A DNA stretch of 64,000 nt from the IMG/VR virus record IMGVR_UViG_2713897279_000003. One strand, given 5' to 3'. Source of the DNA: an uncultured virus (IMG/VR IMGVR_UViG_2713897279_000003) (Duplodnaviria > Heunggongvirae > Uroviricota > Caudoviricetes). Positions 55,006 through 64,000 of the stretch are shown piece after piece (positions within the stretch are counted from its first letter, which is position 1; every line of letters begins with the position of its first letter). The notes below the pieces were generated by a model, which had not been told where the DNA came from, did not search any database, and saw only the letters and a program-made list of their open reading frames with translations. The position numbers and the translations under genes are program-made.

Positions 55006-57927
55006 TTATAAGCTTGCACGTAGTGCTACACTTGTATAGATTTTACGAGTTTCATATGCCGGTACTAATTCAAGTTGAATATATGCGTTACCTAACACAC
55101 GATCTTTAGCTGAAGTAAAGATAGAAAATTTAAAGTTAGTTAAAACACCAAAATCTTTTAATTTATCTAAACCAGCCTGAATTTCTGTTGCCAAACTATT
55201 ACGCTGAGCTACACCATTTGGTAAACCAATAAATTTATCCGCTAATTTGCGAATTACTTGCACTGTAGCGTGTGTAATACGTACTGTAGATAAGCGTTGA
55301 TAATCACTCATTGGTCCCGCTGCTGTTACACCATCTTTTACAACGACAGAACGGTTGCCATTTATGCTCACTTTATTCTCAAATGTAACGTAATGTCCAC
55401 CAGCCAATTGATTATGCTGTGCTTCAGATAAATTGTAACGTAAACCAGAAACTGCAATTGGTTTATTTGTTGTAGACACCTCAGGACGCAATTGAGAAAT
55501 TAGAGCGGCGTAAATACCTGCGCCACTCGCAATATATGTGCCAAGCTTTTCATGCGCTAATCCTGTTTCAGGACCGAATACAACGTTAGCATAACGTCCT
55601 ATATCAATTGGTTCACCTTCGTCATTGAAAATACGCTCATTTGTTGCAAGATTATACATATAATGAGCATTTAAATAATTAGGATTAATACCACGAGAAT
55701 ACCAGTATTGAGCTGATTCTTCGTCAACCCCAATTCCCTTAGTTAATAAGTCAATGTATTGCTGGACCTCACGCAATCCCATTTCAGGGGCCGGAGCTAC
55801 ACCAATTACACCAATTGTTTCGTATGTTTTTGCACTAACCATTGCACAATGTTGTGCTAATTGAGTAGCAAAGTTTCGATTATTATCTATATAAGTTGAA
55901 CCATCATCAGCAATAGCACCAATTGTAGTGTTAGCAAATGCATCACATAGCCAAATAAGATCAACCGAATAGTTTTCTAATTTACTATATATTCCTTGTT
56001 CTACTAGATCATATTCATCTAAAGTAGCTGGAACCAACTCATATTTTCCGCCTAGAGAATCATATAATTCTTTCATAGCCATTAAATTAGTAGTATCATA
56101 AAAACCATCTCCACCTAACCACTGGAAACGTCCTGCATCATTTTCGGCTTTATTATCATCTACATATAACGAATATTTCCCTTCATCTTCGTTATATTTT
56201 TCACCTAAGTTAATTGGACGATAATCATAACGTCCATCAATTGGACTTACATTGTAATCCGTAACCATTAAACCCGTTATCGCTACATCACCAGTGTTCA
56301 CAGGAACTTCCAATCGAACAATGTTATTTTGTGGCAAGCTATTAATATAATTCGCAAACTCACGAATTGTGCGAATACCACGCATTTCTTTTGTTCTAAA
56401 GCGGATTTCAGTATCATTTGATGTTAATTTTTTATCTGAAGGTTTGATAAAGCGCACTACACGATTGTCCATATCAAGTGTACCATTTTCATTTACTTCA
56501 TATTCAACAGTGTATTTAACACCATAAAGGCTTTCAAAATCACGAATATCCTGAATACCACCGTACACTTTACCACCGTGTTTACCTAAAATACTAATTT
56601 TTGCACCTTGGGTAGCACCTTCACCTGTTTTATAATGTGCAAACAATTTAGCACCCACAGGAGCAACACCAGCTTTAATCATTACTTTTATTCTTTCTTT
56701 TCCATCTGGATAAATAACAGTAAAATGATCATTTGGCTTTAATGTGATACGTTTTCCGTTTAACTCGTAATATACTTCAAGAGAATCACTTACTGGTGTA
56801 TGTTTTAATACTGACTCTTTTTCAGCGCCTGGTACTACATACTCATCAGATTTTTGTATCTCTAAGTCGTTGTAATAGAAGTAATCTGCCACTACTAATA
56901 AAGCCGCTGTTAGTGCTGGGTATATACCCTTAGCTACTTCTTGTTGATATGCTTCAGTAAAACGAATACCGCCTTGTTTATATTCTTCTGCTGTAATGAT
57001 ATCAGTAAGATCGTTTTTCACCGCTGAATCGCCTTTACCAATACGCCATAAGCGTTCTCCAGATGTATTAACCATTGGAATAGCATTGACTCTACCTTCA
57101 GCATCTTTTGTATAAACATTTACTTGATGAATAGGCTCATCTGACCAATTTCCTACTTCTGAAGAAAAGTAATTTGTCATTGTAGGATTTTGAGTTAATA
57201 ATCCTAAAGTTGATGAATTAGTTTTACCATCCATGTTTCGTGTTACTTCTGAATAATTGCGTTTTTTAGCTTTGTAAATAACCTTAATAGTATTTTTAGG
57301 GCGAAACTTATCTTTTGTAAAATAAATTGTTTCGGATCCAGGTGTAATATCTACATTTTGATAGCCAGTGGAGTCTGGAAATGTTTTAACTGGATCCACT
57401 GCTGTATCAGTTCCTTCAAACTCTTCAATTTTTTCAATTTTTACTAATCGTTGATCTTTTTCAATGTTTAATCGTTTCGTAAAAGCAATATTACCTGGAA
57501 TTAAATTATTACCCAACATATCAGCTAACGGCTCTGTAACTTCACTATTTTCATCCTTAGCAAGGATCTCTGACATTGCTGTTTTACCAGAGATACGAAG
57601 TAAACGGATATCTTCGTTACCAGCACGTATTGCTTCCCACATTGCACGTATTAGTGTGCCCTGATGAGGAACACGAACTGTTTTTTCTACACCATTTTCA
57701 ACTATAGTCTTTTTCTCTAGTAAACCACCAAACATTTTTTCAGCAGCTTTAGGGCCACCAATTTGATTAACTGATACTGGCTCTCCAACCGGACCGTCAA
57801 TGGCAGTACCCATAATTAAAATAGCCTGTGTTCTTGAGTCTTCTACCTGTTTACCAGTATAAAGATTGCCATCTTCATAGGATACTTTTACACCCGGTAA
57901 GTTTTCATACTGTTCAAAGTTTGACAT
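55006..57927 (-). CDS. Contractile tail sheath protein with large inserted domains
   Basis: N-terminal LPGVKVSYED...GTAIDGPVGEPV...AEKMFG. C-terminal DGVT...RLSTVRI...DKFIGLPN...IQLELVPAYETRKIY. Confidence 0.92.
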   Translation of the reverse strand: MSNFEQYENLPGVKVSYEDGNLYTGKQVEDSRTQAILIMGTAIDGPVGEPVSVNQIGGPKAAEKMFGGLLEKKTIVENGVEKTVRVPHQGTLIRAMWEAIRAGNEDIRLLRISGKTAMSEILAKDENSEVTEPLADMLGNNLIPGNIAFTKRLNIEKDQRLVKIEKIEEFEGTDTAVDPVKTFPDSTGYQNVDITPGSETIYFTKDKFRPKNTIKVIYKAKKRNYSEVTRNMDGKTNSSTLGLLTQNPTMTNYFSSEVGNWSDEPIHQVNVYTKDAEGRVNAIPMVNTSGERLWRIGKGDSAVKNDLTDIITAEEYKQGGIRFTEAYQQEVAKGIYPALTAALLVVADYFYYNDLEIQKSDEYVVPGAEKESVLKHTPVSDSLEVYYELNGKRITLKPNDHFTVIYPDGKERIKVMIKAGVAPVGAKLFAHYKTGEGATQGAKISILGKHGGKVYGGIQDIRDFESLYGVKYTVEYEVNENGTLDMDNRVVRFIKPSDKKLTSNDTEIRFRTKEMRGIRTIREFANYINSLPQNNIVRLEVPVNTGDVAITGLMVTDYNVSPIDGRYDYRPINLGEKYNEDEGKYSLYVDDNKAENDAGRFQWLGGDGFYDTTNLMAMKELYDSLGGKYELVPATLDEYDLVEQGIYSKLENYSVDLIWLCDAFANTTIGAIADDGSTYIDNNRNFATQLAQHCAMVSAKTYETIGVIGVAPAPEMGLREVQQYIDLLTKGIGVDEESAQYWYSRGINPNYLNAHYMYNLATNERIFNDEGEPIDIGRYANVVFGPETGLAHEKLGTYIASGAGIYAALISQLRPEVSTTNKPIAVSGLRYNLSEAQHNQLAGGHYVTFENKVSINGNRSVVVKDGVTAAGPMSDYQRLSTVRITHATVQVIRKLADKFIGLPNGVAQRNSLATEIQAGLDKLKDFGVLTNFKFSIFTSAKDRVLGNAYIQLELVPAYETRKIYTSVALRASL

Positions 57928-57958
57928 TAGGGTTCCTCCTTTTAAATTAACCTCTTAA

Positions 57959-58645
57959 CTAAAGAGAATTATTAATCTTTGAAACAACTTGAACTTTTTG
58001 AATTTCATTAAGAAATTTAACTGTAATTTTTTCAAATCGCATTTTGTAATACATAGGTCTTTTAGCCAAGTTAATACCTTGATTTTGAATCACTTCATCA
58101 GTTCCTTGTGAATCAAATAGAATTTCTTGAACTCCATTCCTTTTAAAGAAACCAGTATAAGTTTGAATAAATTCCTCTAGGTCCAAAACTATTTCGTCTG
58201 CTTCTTCTGCACTTTTAGAAAAGATTACAAATTCAACTATTAAATCAAAAATCTGACCATAGAGTTCTACATATTCACCATCTCTATAAGGATGCCTAAT
58301 TGTACCCCTATGTCTTGGTTTGATATCCTTAAAATCTTTACTAACTTCCCTTTTCATGACTCGATAAGTTATACGAGGAAAATCAGCTTCCTCTTTCAGT
58401 GGAGAGTGACGTATAAACTCACCAGGTTGACCAGCATTGCTCCAAAGCTGCTGTAATTCATCCACAAAACTTAGAAAAGTAATAGGCTTATTTGAACGTA
58501 ATCGATTATCAATATATGGATCTTCTTCTGGAAGAATTTCATTATTTTTTCGAAGGCTACTCTCGTAACTTTCTAATTCCTCCTTTATGTAAGAAGGCAT
58601 ACTTTGTGCCTGTTGTATAGCTAAATATGGATCTATATTACTCAA
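57959..58645 (-). CDS. Probable tail terminator/completion protein
   Basis: FPRITY...VEFVIFSKSAEEADEIVLDLEEFI pattern. Directly upstream of the sheath. Confidence 0.6.
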   Translation of the reverse strand: MSNIDPYLAIQQAQSMPSYIKEELESYESSLRKNNEILPEEDPYIDNRLRSNKPITFLSFVDELQQLWSNAGQPGEFIRHSPLKEEADFPRITYRVMKREVSKDFKDIKPRHRGTIRHPYRDGEYVELYGQIFDLIVEFVIFSKSAEEADEIVLDLEEFIQTYTGFFKRNGVQEILFDSQGTDEVIQNQGINLAKRPMYYKMRFEKITVKFLNEIQKVQVVSKINNSL

Positions 58646-58660
58646 GACACATTTCTCCTT

Positions 58661-59713
58661 TTATTTATAAATACGAACAATTGAATGACCTGTTATCTTA
58701 TGAACAGAAAATATCGGAACTACTTCAATATTTACTTCAATAATTCCATATAGTTCGCTTATTTTTATAGAATAATCATAATCTCTAATCTTCCTATCTA
58801 ATATTCGCCTTAAACATAACGCCTCAATTATTTCTTCAATGTTAGAAGCTTGATATGTAATATTAGGTTTTCCAATAAATACTTCTAAACTTCTAGCTAT
58901 TTCATTTATAATTTCTTGTGCTATTCTAAAATTAGAGATATGTTTGTGGACACTGTCAGAAGTACTTACCGCACAACTAGAAGAAGAACACACAATACCC
59001 TTTTTAAAAGTATTTTTAAAACAGACTATCCCTACTTCTCTTAATTTAAGAATTTGTTCTTTTGTAAATTCAGCCTCTAATTTCACGTTAGGTATAGTTT
59101 TATTTATTGGACTTATTTCTGGATTGATTGCTGCTAATACTCCAGCATACACAGCGCTTGCTTTATTAAACTCCATTTGATTGATAACTAACGATAAGTA
59201 TTTCCCATTTTCTTCCAAATCATCACCAGAAAGCTCTTTTGTTAGATTATTAATTTTATTGAAATGCTTTTCAATATCAGAAAATTTATTTTGAAGAGAT
59301 AAAGACATAATACAATGAACCAAGTTTCCTTTATCTTCTTTTATTTTTGCAAATCTAATATAATTATCAATTAACTCGGAATGCTTATCAAACTGTACTT
59401 CATCAAGGTAAAGCAGGTCAAAATCGAAAGTCTCTAACACTGTAAATACTATATCAAACCTATTAGGCTCCATTCTCATAAGAAATACATTCAAATTCTC
59501 ATCTATTGAAGTGGCATCTTCATAACATTGGACAATTGGACCAGAGTCAAATATATCTATAACCATTTCTTTCCCATAAACAAGTGTTGGTTCGTAATAT
59601 TGACCTTTATTTGATTCGGCGACAATAATTAATCTTTTGCCTATCTCAACTTGTCTTTCTACGTATATTAATGGATGCTGTATAAAATCAACGCTTGGTG
59701 AGGGCCCATTCAT
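58661..59713 (-). CDS. Short tail sheath paralog
   Basis: VYAGVLAAINPEISPINKTI...ISNFRI...FIGKPN...IEVVPIFSVHKI aligns to the sheath C-terminal domain. ATG 59713 follows AAGGGGG. Confidence 0.8.
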   Translation of the reverse strand: MNGPSPSVDFIQHPLIYVERQVEIGKRLIIVAESNKGQYYEPTLVYGKEMVIDIFDSGPIVQCYEDATSIDENLNVFLMRMEPNRFDIVFTVLETFDFDLLYLDEVQFDKHSELIDNYIRFAKIKEDKGNLVHCIMSLSLQNKFSDIEKHFNKINNLTKELSGDDLEENGKYLSLVINQMEFNKASAVYAGVLAAINPEISPINKTIPNVKLEAEFTKEQILKLREVGIVCFKNTFKKGIVCSSSSCAVSTSDSVHKHISNFRIAQEIINEIARSLEVFIGKPNITYQASNIEEIIEALCLRRILDRKIRDYDYSIKISELYGIIEVNIEVVPIFSVHKITGHSIVRIYK

Positions 59714-60176
59714 CACAATCCCCCTTAAAGTCATATCGACTATATACTTGATAAAATTCTGTTCTTCCTTTTACTCCAAATTTAGGTTCAACAGCACTAA
59801 TTAATAACTTCTCTTTTATCTTGATTGGCATTTCTTTTTCATCCCAAACAACTTCTAATATTAGATCATTCTTTTCTGGTTTAGATCCATAGTCTAAATA
59901 ATACGTATAAGCCTTAGGTGCATATGTACCATATGGTTGTAATTGATTTACTTCAACTAATGTTTCAGAATCATAAGCTTCTTTTCTTCTTGCTAACTTC
60001 TTTTCAATCACCACTTCATATCCTGTTCCAAAACATCTAGAGCAATTTAATTTAGCTTCACCACTTCGTTCTATATAACATTTACACCGAAAATGGAGGT
60101 TTCTTCTTACATAGATAATTGAATGACCATATTTAGCAAGAACTTGCGCAAACTCTTTACGAATATCAATCATCAA
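59688..60176 (-). CDS. Neck/head-closure-like protein with Cys4 motif
   Basis: RCKC-x11-CSRCFGTGY, in the neck position. Confidence 0.6.
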   Translation of the reverse strand: MMIDIRKEFAQVLAKYGHSIIYVRRNLHFRCKCYIERSGEAKLNCSRCFGTGYEVVIEKKLARRKEAYDSETLVEVNQLQPYGTYAPKAYTYYLDYGSKPEKNDLILEVVWDEKEMPIKIKEKLLISAVEPKFGVKGRTEFYQVYSRYDFKGDCDEWALTKR

Positions 60177-60180
60177 ACCC

Positions 60181-61260
60181 TCACCCTTCTAGTAAGCTTG
60201 TTGCTGCACCAAATGAGCCTGAAACAGATTCGTTATGATTTTGTTTATTTTGCTCCATCATTACATCTAACCAAAATTTAATTTCTTTTTGATTAGACGC
60301 AATCATAATTTGCAGCTTTTTAAAAAGAGATTCTTCTTGAATACCATTTGGACTATCACTGGATTCATTGGCAGAGTTTAAATTATCTTGAATCATAAAA
60401 TCCCCCAATTGGATAGTACCACTTAATCCACCTTCATCTTCTTGCTTATATGAATTATTTAAAACTCGAAACATTAAACCTTGAAGTAAGAGCCTTACAG
60501 CCTCACGTACCACATATTTTGTTATTGCAAAATATGTATCATCCTGCTCTGTAGGGGGGCTATAACGACTATTGTTAGCATCTGGTATTTCCCCTATGTA
60601 TTGTAAAGCCTTTTGCCCAGCATCCCTTAATGCACAATATACTTCATTTAGAGAAAAATATTTAAATAAACTTCCAATTATATTTTTCACTTCTAAAGGT
60701 GTTGCAAAAATCGGCTCATATTTAGAGGTAAAAGTTAAAGTTTTTATTCCCCCTAAAGTTAATCCAGATTTTGATTTAATTTCATCACCTAGGACCACTT
60801 GATACGTATAATTATATTTTACTTTTTCTTCAAATAAGATTTCTACTTTTTTTCCCTCAACAGAAATGCTAGTAGGTATTTGAAATTCTGAACTGAACAT
60901 ATAATTATCCCCATCTAACACAACTACATCCCTATTATTTTCAAAACTAGGCGCACATTCAGATATAACAGTAAATTGTTCTTTTCTCTTATATTCTTTG
61001 CCCTTAATAGTAGCTATATAGGTTAAAACATATTCACCACTCTCCAAAATTTCAGGAATGGTATACTCACCACTATACGAGAAGTGGTTATCCAATGCTT
61101 CAAGTTTAACACTTTCTATGGCTTCTAATCCATATTGATCAAAACGCTCAATACTCACTGTTGGTGGAAAATCAACTGCAATATGTTTACTATCCTGCCC
61201 TAAAGTTAATAATTCTAAAAAAACCTTTGTTTTTTTAGAAAATTCCCCTATATGATCCAT
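60181..61260 (-). CDS. Ig-like domains plus head-tail adaptor-like C-terminal region
   Basis: Ig-like beta segments, then FATPLEV...helical region...TIQLGDFMI reminiscent of adaptors. Confidence 0.55.
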   Translation of the reverse strand: MDHIGEFSKKTKVFLELLTLGQDSKHIAVDFPPTVSIERFDQYGLEAIESVKLEALDNHFSYSGEYTIPEILESGEYVLTYIATIKGKEYKRKEQFTVISECAPSFENNRDVVVLDGDNYMFSSEFQIPTSISVEGKKVEILFEEKVKYNYTYQVVLGDEIKSKSGLTLGGIKTLTFTSKYEPIFATPLEVKNIIGSLFKYFSLNEVYCALRDAGQKALQYIGEIPDANNSRYSPPTEQDDTYFAITKYVVREAVRLLLQGLMFRVLNNSYKQEDEGGLSGTIQLGDFMIQDNLNSANESSDSPNGIQEESLFKKLQIMIASNQKEIKFWLDVMMEQNKQNHNESVSGSFGAATSLLEG

Positions 61261-61319
61261 ATCATCACCTTCTTTTAAACGTATCTTCTAACTCTATAAG
61301 CTGATAATATATTTTTCTA

Positions 61320-62258
61320 CTAAGTTCTTTCCACCAAAATGTAACACGAGGCAGTATTAACAGTATTAGTGTCTAATTCTTCAGAAAATTTAATTGTAAC
61401 TTTCTGAAAGGAATCTAGTGGATTATTGACAGACTTATTTTTAGGAAATACTTCTGTCACACTCAGTTTAGGTGAAAATTTGTTATCTGAATCCCATAAA
61501 GCTTCTTGTAAATTTTTTAATTGCTCCTGATTAACAGCTCTCGTAAAAGTTTGTAATATTACATCTTCTTTATCATCCATACCCCTAAATTCTTCTTTCT
61601 TTGAGGTTTGTATATTTGAGTCTATTTCTCCATCAAAATAAAAGCTAATTGGTTTTGACCAAGAACTACATATCCCTTTACAATCTACACTTCTTGCTCT
61701 TACATAATATTGTGCCTGCTTATATGAGATATCTAATTTAACACTTGTTTCATCTTCTAATAAATAAACTTTTTCACTATTTTGCGGCCACACTAAATTA
61801 TTGAATGTATTGCTCATAGAGATTTGCAATTCATAATAAAGAGCTTCTTCTATCTTTGTTAGGTGATATTCGGGTTTTTTCGTAATGATAGAAAGATCTT
61901 TGGGTTTCAGAATAATAGGCGGTTTAACAGAAACCATGTTTTTTGTATAAAATTCTAATTCATATGTTTCAGCCATAATTCTACCAGTTATATCCTTAAT
62001 TCCATTTTCTCCTCCAATGAGTTGTAGTTGATAATGACTATCAGGATTTAATATATTTAAGGATTTAACCTTTAAAACTTTGCGATTATATGTAAATGTA
62101 ACTGGTTCTACCTTGTTTTCCTTTAAATTTATCAATATAATATTTTCTTGCCGAAGGCTATTCACATTAATATCCAACATAAATATTATCTCTATTTCTT
62201 GATCTAAGTGAACTTCATCTTGCATATGATGTGGAAGTGTTTTATAAATCATACTCAT
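61320..62258 (-). CDS. Ig-like (Big_5-type) plus Fn3-like structural protein
   Basis: IEIIF..DIN..SL...LNPDSHYQL...IKDITG; YELQIS...YYVRARS...SSWS; ends in a partial second Ig-like repeat. Confidence 0.75.
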   Translation of the reverse strand: MSMIYKTLPHHMQDEVHLDQEIEIIFMLDINVNSLRQENIILINLKENKVEPVTFTYNRKVLKVKSLNILNPDSHYQLQLIGGENGIKDITGRIMAETYELEFYTKNMVSVKPPIILKPKDLSIITKKPEYHLTKIEEALYYELQISMSNTFNNLVWPQNSEKVYLLEDETSVKLDISYKQAQYYVRARSVDCKGICSSWSKPISFYFDGEIDSNIQTSKKEEFRGMDDKEDVILQTFTRAVNQEQLKNLQEALWDSDNKFSPKLSVTEVFPKNKSVNNPLDSFQKVTIKFSEELDTNTVNTASCYILVERT

Positions 62259-62261
62259 ACT

Positions 62262-62597
62262 TTATAACTCACTTGTATACTTATAATCAACAGCAATAAC
62301 ACATGTAGGCTGTGGCACTTGTTTAGAAGAAAATAATATTTCTCCGGTAAAATAATTAATGTAATAATCACCATCTAGAGTACCTTCGTTTGAAGCTCTT
62401 TTCATTCTCATTCCATTTTTATATATCTTTTCACTATTTCTTAAAGGCACGTGCACAAAGCGGAAATTTCGATTCACACCATCCTGTGCTCCTATTAATT
62501 GTTCTTGATCGGCTAGTTTAGAACCAGAAAAGTCGGGCATTACTCCGACCTTTTTTCTGAACTTAGGATAATCAGGGTGTTGTCTAACAAAAGCCAT
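62262..62597 (-). CDS. Small virion structural protein (DGVN..F / DY.I....GEI.F module)
   Basis: GAQDGVNRNFRF...YKNG...DYYINYFTGEILF...IAVDYKY. A related module is inserted in the sheath and in 63155..64000. Confidence 0.7.
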   Translation of the reverse strand: MAFVRQHPDYPKFRKKVGVMPDFSGSKLADQEQLIGAQDGVNRNFRFVHVPLRNSEKIYKNGMRMKRASNEGTLDGDYYINYFTGEILFSSKQVPQPTCVIAVDYKYTSEL

Positions 62598-62611
62598 TTA
62601 TTACTCCCCCT

Positions 62612-63139
62612 TTATCTCCACATCAAAGCAAAATCATACACATTTGGGCGTACGGTACCAGTATAAGTACATTCTACTTTGACTTGAATATATTTTCTTG
62701 GTGTTTCTAATAAAGTAGGCTGATCTACTCTTATTTCTTGCCAATCTGCTGATTTAGATGATCTAAAATAGAATTTAACGTAAGCCCCTTTATTAGGGTA
62801 ATCTTCAAAATTAGAGACAAGATTGATCTCCTCTGTTGGAAGTGGAAGCTCTAATAATGAACTTTCCCACGCTCCTGAATTGATAGAAAAACTTAATGTA
62901 TTTAATGCAGCTGTACTATTTTCATCTCGATCAGTATTATTTATAAAAGGTTCACAAAAATACATGTCATAAGGAGACACGAGGAGATACATATCATATC
63001 TCTCTCGTGTTGTTTTTAACTTAATTGCTTCTGCAATATTCTTTTGCATCATATTTAAGTGAAAATCATGTAATACTTGACCATCCAAAAAGGCGATTCG
63101 CTTCATATAGTCAGTTGCATAAGAAGGTACTGTTGCCAT
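62612..63139 (-). CDS. Hypothetical structural protein
   Basis: RIAFLDGQVLHDFHLNMMQ N-terminus, then GAWES...YFRS...W...KYIQVKVE beta-sandwich. Confidence 0.7.
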   Translation of the reverse strand: MATVPSYATDYMKRIAFLDGQVLHDFHLNMMQKNIAEAIKLKTTRERYDMYLLVSPYDMYFCEPFINNTDRDENSTAALNTLSFSINSGAWESSLLELPLPTEEINLVSNFEDYPNKGAYVKFYFRSSKSADWQEIRVDQPTLLETPRKYIQVKVECTYTGTVRPNVYDFALMWR

Positions 63140-63154
63140 TTTACATCCCCCTTA

Positions 63155-64000
63155 TTAGAATGTTACAGACCAAGTAATACGCATTCCTGTATTTTTATCT
63201 TTTGTTACTGGGCCGATACCAGAGATATTGAACATTTTCCCGTCAATTTTCTCATCGAACATAGCAACTTGGTATACATCATGAGTTGTTTTTTCATAGC
63301 TATGATTAATCGTTACAATGTCACCTGTACTAATGCTATTTGGAGTAATTGTTTTTCCGTCTAAGGAAATTGTATATTCATTAGATTCCAATGTTTTTGT
63401 AGTGCCGGAATGATTGACGATTACCTCTGGAACTATGAAAGCACCATTTTCTTCTTTTGCAATTGCAGCATCTAAGATAATAGATGTTTGTCCCGCACCA
63501 ACTGTAACTACTTTTTTCGTTTTTTCAATTGATGGGGCTGGTGTACCTTTCGGGAAATCCGCAATAAACTTAACAGTTGTGCCTGAATTCACCATATATT
63601 CGACTTGAATTTGACCTGGTGTATGTACTTTTGGACCACCTGTTGGTTCAGAACTGAATGTAATATGCCCAGTATTCGGATTTGAAACCCAAACATCACC
63701 TTGGCTAGGACGTAATCCATCTTGAACGATATTATATTCACGGACATTTGTACTATCAATTGCATCAATATGACGAACAGCTACAAGTTTTACCACTGGT
63801 GCTTGTCCTAATTGATAAATTAAATGACGATTATCTAATTTTAAACGATACTCTACTTGAACCGTGTGACCAATAGTTATGTCACTATCAGCAAATCGAA
63901 TAGATACTCCAGAAGTTTCATTTGTAACCACTGATACATTCGCTTTAATATCTGTGTTTGCTGTTACATTTCGCACAGAAATAATTTCTAGCAATTTACG
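63155..64000 (-). CDS. Tail-collar/fibre-like structural protein, 5'-truncated by window edge
   Basis: Frame open to base 64000. C-terminus QVAMFD...GKMF...VTKDKNTGMRITWSVTF resembles collar-fibre proteins. Confidence 0.7.
   Translation of the reverse strand, partial: RKLLEIISVRNVTANTDIKANVSVVTNETSGVSIRFADSDITIGHTVQVEYRLKLDNRHLIYQLGQAPVVKLVAVRHIDAIDSTNVREYNIVQDGLRPSQGDVWVSNPNTGHITFSSEPTGGPKVHTPGQIQVEYMVNSGTTVKFIADFPKGTPAPSIEKTKKVVTVGAGQTSIILDAAIAKEENGAFIVPEVIVNHSGTTKTLESNEYTISLDGKTITPNSISTGDIVTINHSYEKTTHDVYQVAMFDEKIDGKMFNISGIGPVTKDKNTGMRITWSVTF

Noticed and set aside
479..63608. All plus-strand ORFs in the track (e.g. 11755..12324, 13714..14286, 26952..27380, poly-Pro 15121..15345)
   Set aside because: They are antisense shadows of long minus-strand genes. 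The similarity between 13714 and 26952 simply reflects the duplication, and the Pro runs mirror Gly codons.
36174..64000. Canonical Afp/PVC eCIS or T6SS assignment
   Set aside because: No AAA ATPase, PAAR, membrane complex or recognisable toxin cargo in the window. Neck-type genes, chaperones and PG hydrolases are phage-like.

Overview
A 64-kb AT-rich, Bacillales-type segment (GGAGG/AAGGAGG ribosome-binding sites). Every credible gene lies on the minus strand, and together they form one large contractile-tail morphogenesis operon. Reading in the direction of transcription (64000 to 1): collar, Ig-like and neck-type genes; a short sheath paralog; a probable tail terminator; a 973-aa sheath; a tube and two tube paralogs; two paralogous tail-assembly chaperones; two divergent proteins at the tape-measure position; a 2.1-kaa hub with peptidoglycan hydrolase domains; a spike-like gene; gp25-like and baseplate J genes. 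Next comes a ~28-kb tandemly duplicated appendage cassette (block A ~36.1-23.2 kb, block B ~23.2-8.3 kb). After it lie a permuted papain-like amidase, an Fn3 protein, a gpI-like wedge protein and a >1838-aa multidomain protein cut by the window edge. No capsid, terminase, integrase, replication, lysis, AAA-ATPase, RNA gene or CRISPR is visible, so I cannot decide between a large myophage/prophage and a domesticated tailocin-like particle. The most unusual feature is the appendage cassette. It has conserved scaffold segments and freely swapped binding domains (glycine-rich, discoidin, LamG, DUF4082-like, propeller). Several scaffold domains appear split across genes, which suggests a plug-and-socket display system for interchangeable receptor-binding subunits. 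All family calls come from motif recognition by eye, without database searches.
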